Positions 1 through 9,368 of a stretch of DNA of 33,733 nucleotides are shown here, piece by piece; within the stretch, counting starts at the first letter, position 1; each line of letters begins with the position of its first letter. A program made the position numbers and the translations under genes. The DNA is from a virus (Duplodnaviria > Caudoviricetes), in IMG/VR virus record IMGVR_UViG_3300037603_000018, positions 1 through 33,733 of that record; one strand, written 5' to 3'. The notes beneath the pieces are model-generated. The model ran no database searches. It saw nothing but the letters and a program-made list of their open reading frames with translations, and had not been told where the DNA came from.

Positions 1-495
1 TATTGTTACGTGCTCAAGCCTACTGCACAAGGATTCAGTAAAAGCATCCTTTGCATTGGTGATTTTCTTTGTCATCGATCCCTTCGCCTTATCAAATCCA
101 AATGTTCCGTCAATCTTGCTTGCAAATGACATCTTGGTTCTTACCCAGAGTGCCCACGCCCTTTCGATAGGCGTGAACCAGGACGGGTTGTTATAAATGT
201 ACCCTGCGTGATCAAATTCTGCACGACTATGTAATGATTTATCGATTAGCTTTTTCAAATCAGCATAATAAACCGATGCTGCCCAATAAAAATTAATAAG
301 CTCTGAATTAAGGTCATTGATAATCTCGACATGTGCAGGTTCTTTAGCAAATAGTACTGCTGCTCCACCGACAAAGGACTCGGTATAGATCGTATGATTA
401 GGTATAAGGGGGAGGATATGCTTAAGCATTGTTTGTTTTCCTCCATAGTAGGTGATTGGTGTTTTTAGTTTTTGTTTGATTTTTACTTTTTCCAT
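1..495 (-). CDS. DNA adenine methyltransferase (Dam/D12 class), 5' part, runs off the left edge
   Basis: Manual translation, absent from the ORF track: MEKVKIKQKLKTPITYYGGKQTMLKHILPLIPNHTIYTESFVGGAAVLFAKEPAHVEIINDLNSELINFY... Contains YxGGK, E(S)FxGG SAM-binding motif I and NDLN motifs. Confidence 0.92.
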   Translation of the reverse strand, partial: MEKVKIKQKLKTPITYYGGKQTMLKHILPLIPNHTIYTESFVGGAAVLFAKEPAHVEIINDLNSELINFYWAASVYYADLKKLIDKSLHSRAEFDHAGYIYNNPSWFTPIERAWALWVRTKMSFASKIDGTFGFDKAKGSMTKKITNAKDAFTESLCSRLEHVTI

Positions 496-509
496 ATTGA
501 TAACATTTT

Positions 510-517
510 TACATTTG
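510..517 (+). promoter_or_regulatory. Bacteroidota -7 promoter box TACATTTG, antisense to the late operon
   Basis: Exact TAnnTTTG match 3 nt upstream of a long structured region. Confidence 0.55.
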
Positions 518-519
518 TA

Positions 520-643
520 TTCCAAGATTTACTAATAAAAGAAGTACATAAGCACCCCGAAGAGCTAACTCCGGTCTGTGCATTTATGTACTTTTCTCTT
601 GGTGAATCTTGGACGTATCAACAGGGAGGGCCGGAGTTTTTTT
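520..643 (+). ncRNA. Candidate structured (pseudoknotted) small RNA, antisense to the methylase leader
   Basis: 521-535 pairs with 599-613 (15 bp, 2 G-U); 542-550 with 585-593; 552-555 with 578-581. Loop 567-577 pairs with 628-638, followed by a T tract. Confidence 0.55.
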
Positions 644-3600
644 ACATAATAGACCGCTCTATCCTTTCAGCTTCCGTCAAAGTCCCTGAATAGTACGCCG
701 CTGCGCTAAGAAAGTCCGACCCTTGGCTACTGATTTCTAAATCAGACACAGGCGTGAAAGATTCCGAACCTATATAAACACCGTCTTTATACGTCTTCAT
801 TGTTCCGGCTCCTGGTTCTACGTATTGGAGGATTGTTTCACCATTTATCCTTTTTAGAATTGCATAATCATTTGATGTGTTTATTAGCCCTGTAACGGTG
901 TATACATCAGCTGGTCGGGTAATGTTAGTTTCTAATGTTTTAATAAAAGAAGTGCTAAAATCTTTTTGAGTTACTTGAAGATTTGAAAATTGAAAGTAAT
1001 TATTTGTATTTTTACTTACACCGCTTCCACTGCCTAGATAAAAACTAATTACATCTGAAGTATCTATATCCCTATTATTTGATAGAAAGATCAATTTAAT
1101 CCATCCATTATTCAAAACATCTATTTCCCACTCTGAGCTACTTTCTGTATTGTTTAGAAAATCAACAACAGCAGTTCCAAAGTTTTGAGACTTAGAATTG
1201 TTTCTCACTAGAAAATTATAAGTATCATTTGTAGGTGTTTCTGATTTAATCAAAATCTCTATCCTTATCTTATCAGGAATAGTCAAGGATTCGTTGGATA
1301 TGTTTAAAGTTGGGACAGCTAATAAGTTTGTTGAATCCTGAACTCTTAATATGTTTTGATTATTAAAATTATAATCTAAATTAGACCAGAACCTAGACAA
1401 ATTCAAGTGATAAGCGTCTCCTTCAGCCTCTTCATTCCCCATCTCACTGTATAACGCGTAATTCGTATCCTCAACCTCCAAATAAACCCCCTCAAACAAT
1501 CCGCTTTCCGGATCAAATGTAAACCTCGGCCTATCATTATCCAGCCCAGTTTCAAGCAATCCATCCTTATTGAACCTACTCCCATTTCCACCTCCAGAAA
1601 CAGTCAAGTCAGGCCCAACCAAACTATAAAGTTTGTCATCCTTATAACCAAAAGGCACATTGGCCATGTCCCAATCATGCATAAGGAGGCGATCAGAAAG
1701 CCACTTCACATCCATCAACGACGCTCCCATCACCCCATTATTCGCTTTTGTTCTTTTATATGCCTCATATACAGAAGTTCCATAATGTTCTTCAAGGCTT
1801 ATAAATCTTACACCCCTCGCTTTATGGGATGGTGGCACATAATTAGGATCAACAATAAACACAGCTTGTATCGGTAAATCTTCTGCTCCCATAGTACTCA
1901 CTAAAGGGTTTTGATCCCCAATATAGTAAGACCCAAAAGCTCGCCATTCTTTGAAAATGTAGCCGGCTTTTCGGTTTGCTTGAAGCCTAAATTCATCACC
2001 TTCAGCATAAGGACCTTCCGTCAACTCTGTTATTGTTCCGGCACCCCCTGGTGATACAGATAAAATTAAATTATAAGTATCTACTACATCATCACTACTT
2101 TCATAACAACCTATTGAAGGTGGGGTTTGAACTGGATTCCCCTCTAAATCCATTGTCAAGCCTATAGAAGTCCCGGATCCAAGAAGGGCTGACCCCTCGG
2201 AAGGTTTATAAACATGCCCATCAAAGTTTATAAAATAAGCCGAAGCTAATGGAGTAATACTAGTAGTAATTGAACCAGTCCCCGATCCGGTCAAATGGTT
2301 ATACACCGTATTAACAATCGTAGCATTCCCGTTTCTTGTAATTGTTCCCGGAACGGTACAGTTTCTTATCTCAGTCCCTGAAGAATCAGCATCAACAGTT
2401 ATATCCCCACTATCGCCAAGATTACACATCTCAACGATTGTACCTTCTGCTCCTTGATTTATGTTAAGTGGTCCAGCTCCGGGAGAATTAATAACATCTA
2501 TGTTGATGAACTTAATATTTTGAGCATTCCTATTGCCCCCACCAGATACAAAACCACCGATTGATCCGGTACAGCCATCTATCAATATGTTTTTATAATA
2601 AGAATTCTTAGGACGGTAAGAATCTGGCAATCCATTATGAGATACGTGTTTATAGGGATTAAAACAATCCTGATAACCTTTCAAATAAAACCATTCGTAA
2701 TTATGGTTTTCAGCCCGGATCTGAATACCTAATCCCTGTGTATTATCTGTACATTGTAGGTCGGCATATTTCAAGTCTACATTCGGAGCGTTGGCAGCCG
2801 AAAGTGGTGTCTCCGAATTTGCTATTGTGGTATAACACCGGAAATTCCTCCCTTTAAGTCCACCGCTTTCAAACTTGATTGCTCGGTCAGGGCTATCATA
2901 AGTTTCTATATCTTGAAATACAGCCTCTATATCACCTGCCCCTGCTGATCCTGGGTTATTCTTCACCCAAAAGAACCCATCCTCAAAAACTAACCCGGAA
3001 CATTTTAACCGATGAAATCTAAGCCCTTTACCATACATACCTACCTGATAAGGATACCAGTTAGAAACCCCATTAAAAACAGTCTCTATATCCATGATTC
3101 GGACATTATAAGCGACCATTTCAGGATTAGTTGTAGCAGTAACAGTTGTGCCGTTAAGCTGGGAGTTAGACACATCGCAAAAACGCTCTGATGTTGCCAA
3201 GTTGGTGCCATCTATAATAGGCCTTGCACCAGTACCATACGCCCCGATAGTGATGTAATCAGGCCTTTGACCGCCTACCAAAGGGTTTTGAATCTTTGTC
3301 CAGTCTTCGTGAATTTGACCTCTTTTGTAGAAATAAAATTTACCTGATGTACCCCAACCTACCGGAGGCGAACCGCTATAAAACCCATCACGCCAGCCTC
3401 GGTAAGGATCGTTTCTAGTTCCAGTTCCAGAATTAGCCGGTACAGATGAATCAAAGAACACACAATTAGCTACAGGAATTCGGTCTATCTTACAAATAGT
3501 TTCTTCCCAATTATCCGCTGATATAGATATTTTTACCGTAATCAGCCTCGTTGCTGTGAAGGATGCCGGTATAGCTACCGTCATTTCCCCATTTGTAGAG

Positions 3601-3848
3601 ACAGAAAATGCATTGTCACTATTGCCAGATGTTATTTCATAGCTATAAGAGCTGTCATTAATTGAAGCTCCAAATCTTCTATTATAAAATTTTTGATGGC
3701 TCCATAAAAACTGAACCCTTCCAACCGCATCAAATTGTTCACAGTTCTCAGGAACAGCAAAATATTGATGATAAACAGGTTCTGAATTAGCGATTTCAGA
3801 TACAGTCCTTATATCTTCCGTATGTGTTATTGAATGTTGAAAACTCAT
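642..3848 (-). CDS. Tail fibre/spike with cadherin-like, parallel beta-helix (putative polysaccharide depolymerase), InlB B-repeat-like and C-terminal phage spike/LamG-like domains
   Basis: YEITSGNSDNAFSV (cadherin-like); SGTGTRNDPY beta-helix cap; DLEGNP..PPSIGCYE; GPYAEGDEFRLQANRKAGYIFKEW; DRPRF..GVYLE..TN and TSFIKT..TRPAD spike motifs; last gene of the tail cluster. Confidence 0.65.
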   Translation of the reverse strand: MSFQHSITHTEDIRTVSEIANSEPVYHQYFAVPENCEQFDAVGRVQFLWSHQKFYNRRFGASINDSSYSYEITSGNSDNAFSVSTNGEMTVAIPASFTATRLITVKISISADNWEETICKIDRIPVANCVFFDSSVPANSGTGTRNDPYRGWRDGFYSGSPPVGWGTSGKFYFYKRGQIHEDWTKIQNPLVGGQRPDYITIGAYGTGARPIIDGTNLATSERFCDVSNSQLNGTTVTATTNPEMVAYNVRIMDIETVFNGVSNWYPYQVGMYGKGLRFHRLKCSGLVFEDGFFWVKNNPGSAGAGDIEAVFQDIETYDSPDRAIKFESGGLKGRNFRCYTTIANSETPLSAANAPNVDLKYADLQCTDNTQGLGIQIRAENHNYEWFYLKGYQDCFNPYKHVSHNGLPDSYRPKNSYYKNILIDGCTGSIGGFVSGGGNRNAQNIKFINIDVINSPGAGPLNINQGAEGTIVEMCNLGDSGDITVDADSSGTEIRNCTVPGTITRNGNATIVNTVYNHLTGSGTGSITTSITPLASAYFINFDGHVYKPSEGSALLGSGTSIGLTMDLEGNPVQTPPSIGCYESSDDVVDTYNLILSVSPGGAGTITELTEGPYAEGDEFRLQANRKAGYIFKEWRAFGSYYIGDQNPLVSTMGAEDLPIQAVFIVDPNYVPPSHKARGVRFISLEEHYGTSVYEAYKRTKANNGVMGASLMDVKWLSDRLLMHDWDMANVPFGYKDDKLYSLVGPDLTVSGGGNGSRFNKDGLLETGLDNDRPRFTFDPESGLFEGVYLEVEDTNYALYSEMGNEEAEGDAYHLNLSRFWSNLDYNFNNQNILRVQDSTNLLAVPTLNISNESLTIPDKIRIEILIKSETPTNDTYNFLVRNNSKSQNFGTAVVDFLNNTESSSEWEIDVLNNGWIKLIFLSNNRDIDTSDVISFYLGSGSGVSKNTNNYFQFSNLQVTQKDFSTSFIKTLETNITRPADVYTVTGLINTSNDYAILKRINGETILQYVEPGAGTMKTYKDGVYIGSESFTPVSDLEISSQGSDFLSAAAYYSGTLTEAERIERSIM

Positions 3849-6052
3849 GCCAATGTACTATATATCCTATCTCCTGAACCCGTATCACATGCATACATTA
3901 CCACAGGTTTTCCATTAATTATAGTTGTGGCCATGGTAGAGATTTTGTTTGTAGTCCCAGAATCTACCTCCTCATAAGTTTGTAGGTCTTTTGTTCGAAT
4001 CATATACCCGTTAGCCCCAAACAGGTACAGATAATCAGCTATAACTGCCATCCCCGATGTTTCTTGAGAAGCTACAGGAGGAAGCAGCCTTTCCTCCCAA
4101 GTTGCCCCTTGGTCGTTGCTTATTGCAATAAACCCTCCCGAGGATGACCCGGAACGCCTTAAAATTATGTGGCCATAAAAAAATCCTACTTGTGAAAACG
4201 ACCTGTTTGTACCTGTGCTATATGAAGTAAAAGTTTCCCCAAAATCTGTTGAGACTTGAACACGATTTGTACCATCATTACTTGTAATTACCACTAGGCC
4301 ATCATTAAAATCTATCCCTTGAAATGAATTAGCGCCATCTACAGTAGAATCACTCCAAGTAGCCCCATCATCTTCAGAGTAGATTACATTACCTAATCTA
4401 CAACAAGCCACCCAACGACCCGGCGCAACATTAACCACCCCTGTAAGCTCTGTGGTTGGCGTTATTGTAGTAGTTGAAAATGAAACCCCTCCATCTGTTG
4501 ATCTCCTGATGCTTGTTGTTCCATTATCTCTTCCTACAAGAATAACTGTTCTGCCATCATAAGAAACATCAAAGGAGTAAAACAAAAGACTATTAGTATC
4601 CCCACCCTCATAAAAAAAGCGACCATCTTTTGATATATAAAATCTATGGCCTGAGCCATTAGAAGAACATGCATAAAACAAACCATCTCGGCCTATTACT
4701 TTCCTTATGCTTATGTCTTTTGTATCTCTCGTTTGGTGAAAAACGGGAGCGAATCCAACATAAAGAACCTGAAACATATCGAAGAGAACATTAGAAGGAA
4801 CAAAAGCTAAATCGTTGTCTTTTTCAGGTTTTTCAGTAGTGGACAAATTCATAGACCCGTCATTCTCATCAAAATAAAATTGATCTGAAACAAGTGTACC
4901 ATCAAAAAGAATTGTAGGAATCTTCACTACACTTTCTGTCAATGCTGCGAGCTTATCTAATATTTGTGTAGCGGTATCATTGACCTCTGCCTCAGCCTGT
5001 ATTCCATTTAGCTTATCACGCAGTGCGGTCGTGAACCGTGCCACATCGGCATAGCCTTCATATGCTGATGCTATTTGCGAGCCTGTGATGACAGCACTAA
5101 ATAGATCCTGATCCATTGTTTTGATATAAGTCGCTGGCTGTCCCGGAGCCACAGCACGGTATACCGCCCACTTCCCATCACCATCATCATCTACAAAAGC
5201 CTGAAATGGAAGAGATTCTACATCATAAGCATCCCTCTGAGCGATATTATCAAACCGCTCTTCTTTAAACATTGCTGTAATAAGATTATAAAGCTTCTTA
5301 AGTGTATCGCCATCACTACTCACCCCATCCCGAAGTGCAGTAGCACTCCCTTCCACCTGCCCCAGTGTGGCCAGATCATCTGCATTCACACCATCACCCG
5401 CCTTCACTCTACCTCCTTGCCTTACCCTGAATACCTCATTACCTGTATTATCAATGCCTCTGTAAATAAAATAATCAGTAACGCTATCCCCTTTAGCAAA
5501 AGCACTTATACCACCTCGTTTTTGGATAGACACCCCGCCTCCTGATGCGTTGACCGTTCTAAATAAATCGCTCGAAGCAGTTCCTGCATGAGATGTGGAA
5601 ATGACAACATCCCCATCTACAACTTGTAGGTTACCATTCACCAATACACCAGCAAGGAACTTTTTTAAGGCGTTGATGTCCTGAATACTTTCCAAATCAA
5701 CAAAATCATCAGATGTTGGGCCGTTATCTTCCAGAGCTTGAGCAAGACCATTGATATCATTGATATCATGATCATGATTCTTGTTTGCCTTTCCTTCGAG
5801 GGCTTCTGGTAATCCATTAACACCAGCAATTTCATGTCCATGAGGATGGGCGTTTTCGTCCGATAAGTGAGATTGAAATGTTTCATTCTCCACCTTATTC
5901 TGAAGTCCTTCAGACAGACCTTCTATTTTTGAAGCCGGAATATTTTCATCTTTATGCCAAAACGAATCCCAGGTATCCCAAAATTGGCTTTGAGTTGGTT
6001 TTTTTAGCGTACGAAACCAATTTTTAATAGTGTTTAAAGTCTGTTTAGCCAT
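3845..6052 (-). CDS. Tail fibre protein with HxH fibre repeats and C-terminal BNR/Asp-box beta-propeller
   Basis: N-terminal KNWFRTLKKPTQSQFWDTWDSFWHK; HGHEIAGVNGL and HDHDINDINGL repeats; Asp boxes STDGGVSF, SEDDGATW, STDFGETF, SNDQGATW. Confidence 0.75.
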   Translation of the reverse strand: MAKQTLNTIKNWFRTLKKPTQSQFWDTWDSFWHKDENIPASKIEGLSEGLQNKVENETFQSHLSDENAHPHGHEIAGVNGLPEALEGKANKNHDHDINDINGLAQALEDNGPTSDDFVDLESIQDINALKKFLAGVLVNGNLQVVDGDVVISTSHAGTASSDLFRTVNASGGGVSIQKRGGISAFAKGDSVTDYFIYRGIDNTGNEVFRVRQGGRVKAGDGVNADDLATLGQVEGSATALRDGVSSDGDTLKKLYNLITAMFKEERFDNIAQRDAYDVESLPFQAFVDDDGDGKWAVYRAVAPGQPATYIKTMDQDLFSAVITGSQIASAYEGYADVARFTTALRDKLNGIQAEAEVNDTATQILDKLAALTESVVKIPTILFDGTLVSDQFYFDENDGSMNLSTTEKPEKDNDLAFVPSNVLFDMFQVLYVGFAPVFHQTRDTKDISIRKVIGRDGLFYACSSNGSGHRFYISKDGRFFYEGGDTNSLLFYSFDVSYDGRTVILVGRDNGTTSIRRSTDGGVSFSTTTITPTTELTGVVNVAPGRWVACCRLGNVIYSEDDGATWSDSTVDGANSFQGIDFNDGLVVITSNDGTNRVQVSTDFGETFTSYSTGTNRSFSQVGFFYGHIILRRSGSSSGGFIAISNDQGATWEERLLPPVASQETSGMAVIADYLYLFGANGYMIRTKDLQTYEEVDSGTTNKISTMATTIINGKPVVMYACDTGSGDRIYSTLA

Positions 6053-6055
6053 CTC

Positions 6056-6946
6056 TTAAAGCTTAATTATAAATGCGAGTGAATAATAAGGTGGTCGGTT
6101 TTCATGTGGGTCTCCTCCTCCAACTGAACTACTTTTCCCGACCAGGGCAGGATTTGATACCCCTCCAAGATTGGCATCAGATCGGCCTCCTCCGGTTCTT
6201 GTTTTTGCCATTTGAGTACCGGACGAAACAGTATCATTAGTAGCTATTGCGTTGGCCATGATCAAATGAGTATGTGCTGGTATCTGAGAAGTATTCAACT
6301 CCACCTCTTTAGCTCCTCCGGTAATCCCTACTGAATATTCATCACCAGCACCCACAATAAATCTATTCCTCAGGTTAGGTGTACCGTTCTGTCCATCACA
6401 CAATGCAAAGCCTTCAGGTATATTGTTCAAAGCTCCAGACCACATGACCACAACCCCAGTAGGAACTATAGACAACCCACCTATCTTATCATTAAGTAAT
6501 TTTAAGGCCCGGGAAGTAGCCAATTGATCTGCCTTATCTTCATTAATAGCTGAACTCACTTGATGAGGGAGCTGTCTAAAAGTTTTCAAATCTTTCAACC
6601 TTACAAAGTCAGACCAGGGGATACTATTTCCACCGCTTCCAAAGCGCATAAACCTATTCTTGTATATTTCACGGGATATACCATCTTCAAAGGTTTTTTC
6701 TTCCTTTTCTTCCACTACTACCACACTTGTTGAAAGAGCTCCACCCTTAAAAGGAAGCAATTCCCCATTCAGGATAATTACGCCATCACTTACATTGCTG
6801 CCCGTCTGAATGCAACCACGAACAATCGTCCTATCGCCAGCTAGGCCTACAAGCTCCTGAAGCAGCGTGAAGCTATCCTGTATAAAATTGAGCGTATTAG
6901 TATTCAGTGGAAAACCGCCCGGTTGTAAAAATTCTGCTCTATTCAT
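6056..6946 (-). CDS. Baseplate/tail-collar domain protein
   Basis: VPTGVVVMWSG..IPEGFALCDGQNGTPNLRNRFIVGAG and HENRPPYYSLAFI tail-collar motifs. Confidence 0.85.
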   Translation of the reverse strand: MNRAEFLQPGGFPLNTNTLNFIQDSFTLLQELVGLAGDRTIVRGCIQTGSNVSDGVIILNGELLPFKGGALSTSVVVVEEKEEKTFEDGISREIYKNRFMRFGSGGNSIPWSDFVRLKDLKTFRQLPHQVSSAINEDKADQLATSRALKLLNDKIGGLSIVPTGVVVMWSGALNNIPEGFALCDGQNGTPNLRNRFIVGAGDEYSVGITGGAKEVELNTSQIPAHTHLIMANAIATNDTVSSGTQMAKTRTGGGRSDANLGGVSNPALVGKSSSVGGGDPHENRPPYYSLAFIIKL

Positions 6947-7407
6947 AGTTTGATTATTTCATAGCGTTTTGACGCCAGCTTATAGAAGTTAATAAGGGCT
7001 TTGATTTGAAATCCATAAAGATCATCTCTGAAATCAGCCGGAACTACTACTGTAAAGTCCCGACTACCTTCACCTGTTTCATTATCCCCACGCAGATAAA
7101 TTGTCCCCAAGTACTTGTCCTTATCCTCAGCCTCTGTATAGATGTATTTTTGTGAAAAGGCATCACCGTCAGCGATGTATATCCTGCGCTGGTCAGGGTC
7201 AAAGGAATCATTAAGCGCAGCCTCCAGGTAACACACCTGCCCGTTATGATCAAGCCGATAAAGGTTGTCTAGTCTTCTTGCCAGAAACGTACCCAGCATT
7301 GACCGAATTGGTGAGGTGATTGCCAATAGCAAGGCCAAAAACATGGGTTGTCTCAACCTTCCAGGTATTAAGATTATTGCCAGCCGACTCAGATCAATAT
7401 TAAACAT
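6943..7407 (-). CDS. Baseplate wedge protein (Mu gp48/P2 gpI-like)
   Basis: Position after the baseplate J-like gene; GQVCYLEAALND..D and DFTVVVP..YKLASKRY motifs. Confidence 0.6.
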   Translation of the reverse strand: MFNIDLSRLAIILIPGRLRQPMFLALLLAITSPIRSMLGTFLARRLDNLYRLDHNGQVCYLEAALNDSFDPDQRRIYIADGDAFSQKYIYTEAEDKDKYLGTIYLRGDNETGEGSRDFTVVVPADFRDDLYGFQIKALINFYKLASKRYEIIKL

Positions 7408-8245
7408 TGGCTATATAGTTTACATTGTCAAAATTGGCCACAGCAAAGTATCCCGATACGGGTATTTGCTTCACGGTTATCGGCTGGGCATCTCCATAGT
7501 CATTAATTTCAGCATCTATCCAACTTGTCTCTGCTAAGTTGATATGGGGAATGTCTACACCTTGTACTTGCTGAAGGTGATCGACTAGGTGAGCCAAAAC
7601 CAACTGCCCGTTAAATGGCAATTCTTTCATATAAGCGTTAATAGCCTCTTCGACTGTCTTCCCTCCAGAGAGAATATTATTCCCTTCACCATCAAGCACC
7701 AAAGGATCGTAATAGATATCCATATTGAGAAACAGTCGATCCGGTAAGAAATTGATTATCGTAGTTCTTACCCCTGCATCTTTTATCCGGTTAATGTATG
7801 CTGTGAAAGCATCACTTTCCGCAACGCTGATAGGTGCCAAAACTCCGTTTTCTTCTGTAGCTATTTTGATCACCAGGCGACTTTCATCATCGCTTTCGGT
7901 CACCGCTGCATACTTGATGATCAGACTACCTTCAAGTACAGTATCATCTATTCCAGTATTGTCATACTTGTCAGTTTCCGGCACCAGCTGAAAGCCATAC
8001 TGAAATGCCAAAGCCTTACTTCTGTACCACCTTGCTGTATGAGGCTTAAGTTCCAATATTCGTTTGTCAACTTCGGCCATATGTAAATCTGTAAGTTTCT
8101 CTAGGCTCCATATTGATACCGCTACCACATATGAATACAGCCTCCAGATGGCTGTTTTAGACGGGCTGTTAAGATTAGCAAGCCGTTCATCTCCAGTCAC
8201 GCTGGTAATGATCTCATTATATATTTCGTCTATCGTTCTTGCCAT
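7400..8245 (-). CDS. Baseplate J-like wedge protein (Mu gp47-like)
   Basis: MARTIDEIY.. N-terminus; YI..IKDAGV; LPFNG..VLAHLVD.LQ.V.GV C-terminal motif; position in the baseplate cluster. Confidence 0.7.
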   Translation of the reverse strand: MARTIDEIYNEIITSVTGDERLANLNSPSKTAIWRLYSYVVAVSIWSLEKLTDLHMAEVDKRILELKPHTARWYRSKALAFQYGFQLVPETDKYDNTGIDDTVLEGSLIIKYAAVTESDDESRLVIKIATEENGVLAPISVAESDAFTAYINRIKDAGVRTTIINFLPDRLFLNMDIYYDPLVLDGEGNNILSGGKTVEEAINAYMKELPFNGQLVLAHLVDHLQQVQGVDIPHINLAETSWIDAEINDYGDAQPITVKQIPVSGYFAVANFDNVNYIANV

Positions 8246-8247
8246 TA

Positions 8248-8538
8248 TTAACTTGATATAAAATCCATTTCTATGTGCCAGTAGCCAATTCCTTCAAGTA
8301 TTTCCGCATCCTGAATATTGCCAGTGGCAGGTTTGATGTTATTCGCCTTATACTGCCGAAGAACATCAGCATTAATATTTCCTTCAGGTACCTTAAGCTC
8401 AGTCCCGGCAGATACTTCATCGCTTACAGCTATATCGTTAGCCGTAGCCAATTCAAAAACACCTTCAATACTTCCCGTCTCCTGGAGAGCAATATCAAGC
8501 AGGTTTTGCCTATCAATAATCGTTGTCCTTGCTTCCAT
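8248..8538 (-). CDS. LysM/tail X-like baseplate protein
   Basis: QNLLDIALQETGSIEGVFELATAN..GTELKVP LysM-like pattern; ATG at 8538 preferred. Confidence 0.7.
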   Translation of the reverse strand: MEARTTIIDRQNLLDIALQETGSIEGVFELATANDIAVSDEVSAGTELKVPEGNINADVLRQYKANNIKPATGNIQDAEILEGIGYWHIEMDFISS

Positions 8539-9067
8539 CAAATTCAAACCATTGATTCATTTTCCTTAGGATCACACCTATGATCCCCTTTGTTTCTTTG
8601 TAGCCCAGAGCCGATAGATTCTCTAGCCAGGAAATGATTAGTTGAAATACTATGAGAATGAAAACCACATAGTATAACCAGGTGAAAGGATTGATCTCAA
8701 GACCAAAGACTGGGGGGATTTCAAATCTGCCTGAAAAAGCATGCAATACACCTATCATCATGATGTAAACACCTATTTTCAGTATCATCCGGCCAAATTT
8801 CCTAGACTGAAAACGTTCTTTCTTTTTTCGCATAGCCACCTTTAGGCCTGTCTGAAATTCCGCAACGATCAGAAATACAAAAGCAGAAAAGACTATAATA
8901 TCTAGTCCAGTGAAATCAAAAAGTAACAACCGGAACGTGCCTGCTCCTGCACTTAACTTGATCCAAAAACCCTTGTCTTCACTGTAAGCCAGTTTGAACA
9001 CTGTGTGCCTAAAATCGGCCCCGTTCAGGTAGCCAAATCCTCCAAGTAAATAAGTCAGGTAGCTCAT
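8513..9067 (-). CDS. Holin (multi-pass; phage holin family 4-like)
   Basis: Several hydrophobic helices; EFQTG..A, S.KFGR..LK and SWLENL..LG motifs; ATG at 9067 preferred. Confidence 0.75.
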   Translation of the reverse strand: MSYLTYLLGGFGYLNGADFRHTVFKLAYSEDKGFWIKLSAGAGTFRLLLFDFTGLDIIVFSAFVFLIVAEFQTGLKVAMRKKKERFQSRKFGRMILKIGVYIMMIGVLHAFSGRFEIPPVFGLEINPFTWLYYVVFILIVFQLIISWLENLSALGYKETKGIIGVILRKMNQWFEFDGSKDNDY

Positions 9068-9068
9068 A

Positions 9069-9368
9069 TTATTGTTTAGTTTTTCGCACTGCATCTATAT
9101 TGATCTCGGGCCAGTTGATTTTTAAGGTTTTCACCTTATATCCATCACGCTCCAGCTGAAGCATTACCTCTCGTTCTATCACGGCACGCTTATTCCCACT
9201 TTTCAGCATTGCTGGAATTCCGGCTCCTGTTAGGGGACTGCCTTTGTATTCTCCCTTATTCATCACCATCAGGTGTTCGATATGTTGCGCCTCAGATTCT
9301 CCTGTTACCAAGTCACCATTTTCTATCCTCAAGTCGCCATTTTCATCAAGAAGTATATCAGTCGCCAT
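9069..9368 (-). CDS. Baseplate gp25/gp46-like sheath initiator
   Basis: DILLDENGDLRIENGDLV.GES..QHI; KGEYK.SP..GAG. Confidence 0.7.
   Translation of the reverse strand: MATDILLDENGDLRIENGDLVTGESEAQHIEHLMVMNKGEYKGSPLTGAGIPAMLKSGNKRAVIEREVMLQLERDGYKVKTLKINWPEINIDAVRKTKQ

Noticed and set aside
255-446. 63-aa minus-strand ORF in the track
   Set aside because: Out-of-frame shadow of the Dam-like methylase (1-495), which the track missed because its stop lies outside the window
472-693. 73-aa plus-strand ORF
   Set aside because: TTG start, overlaps two real genes in antisense, and the region is better explained by RNA structure
642-6052. Diversity-generating retroelement or invertible tail-fibre segment
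   Set aside because: No reverse transcriptase, invertase, TR/VR pair or flanking inverted repeats seen in the window; elements outside the window cannot be excluded
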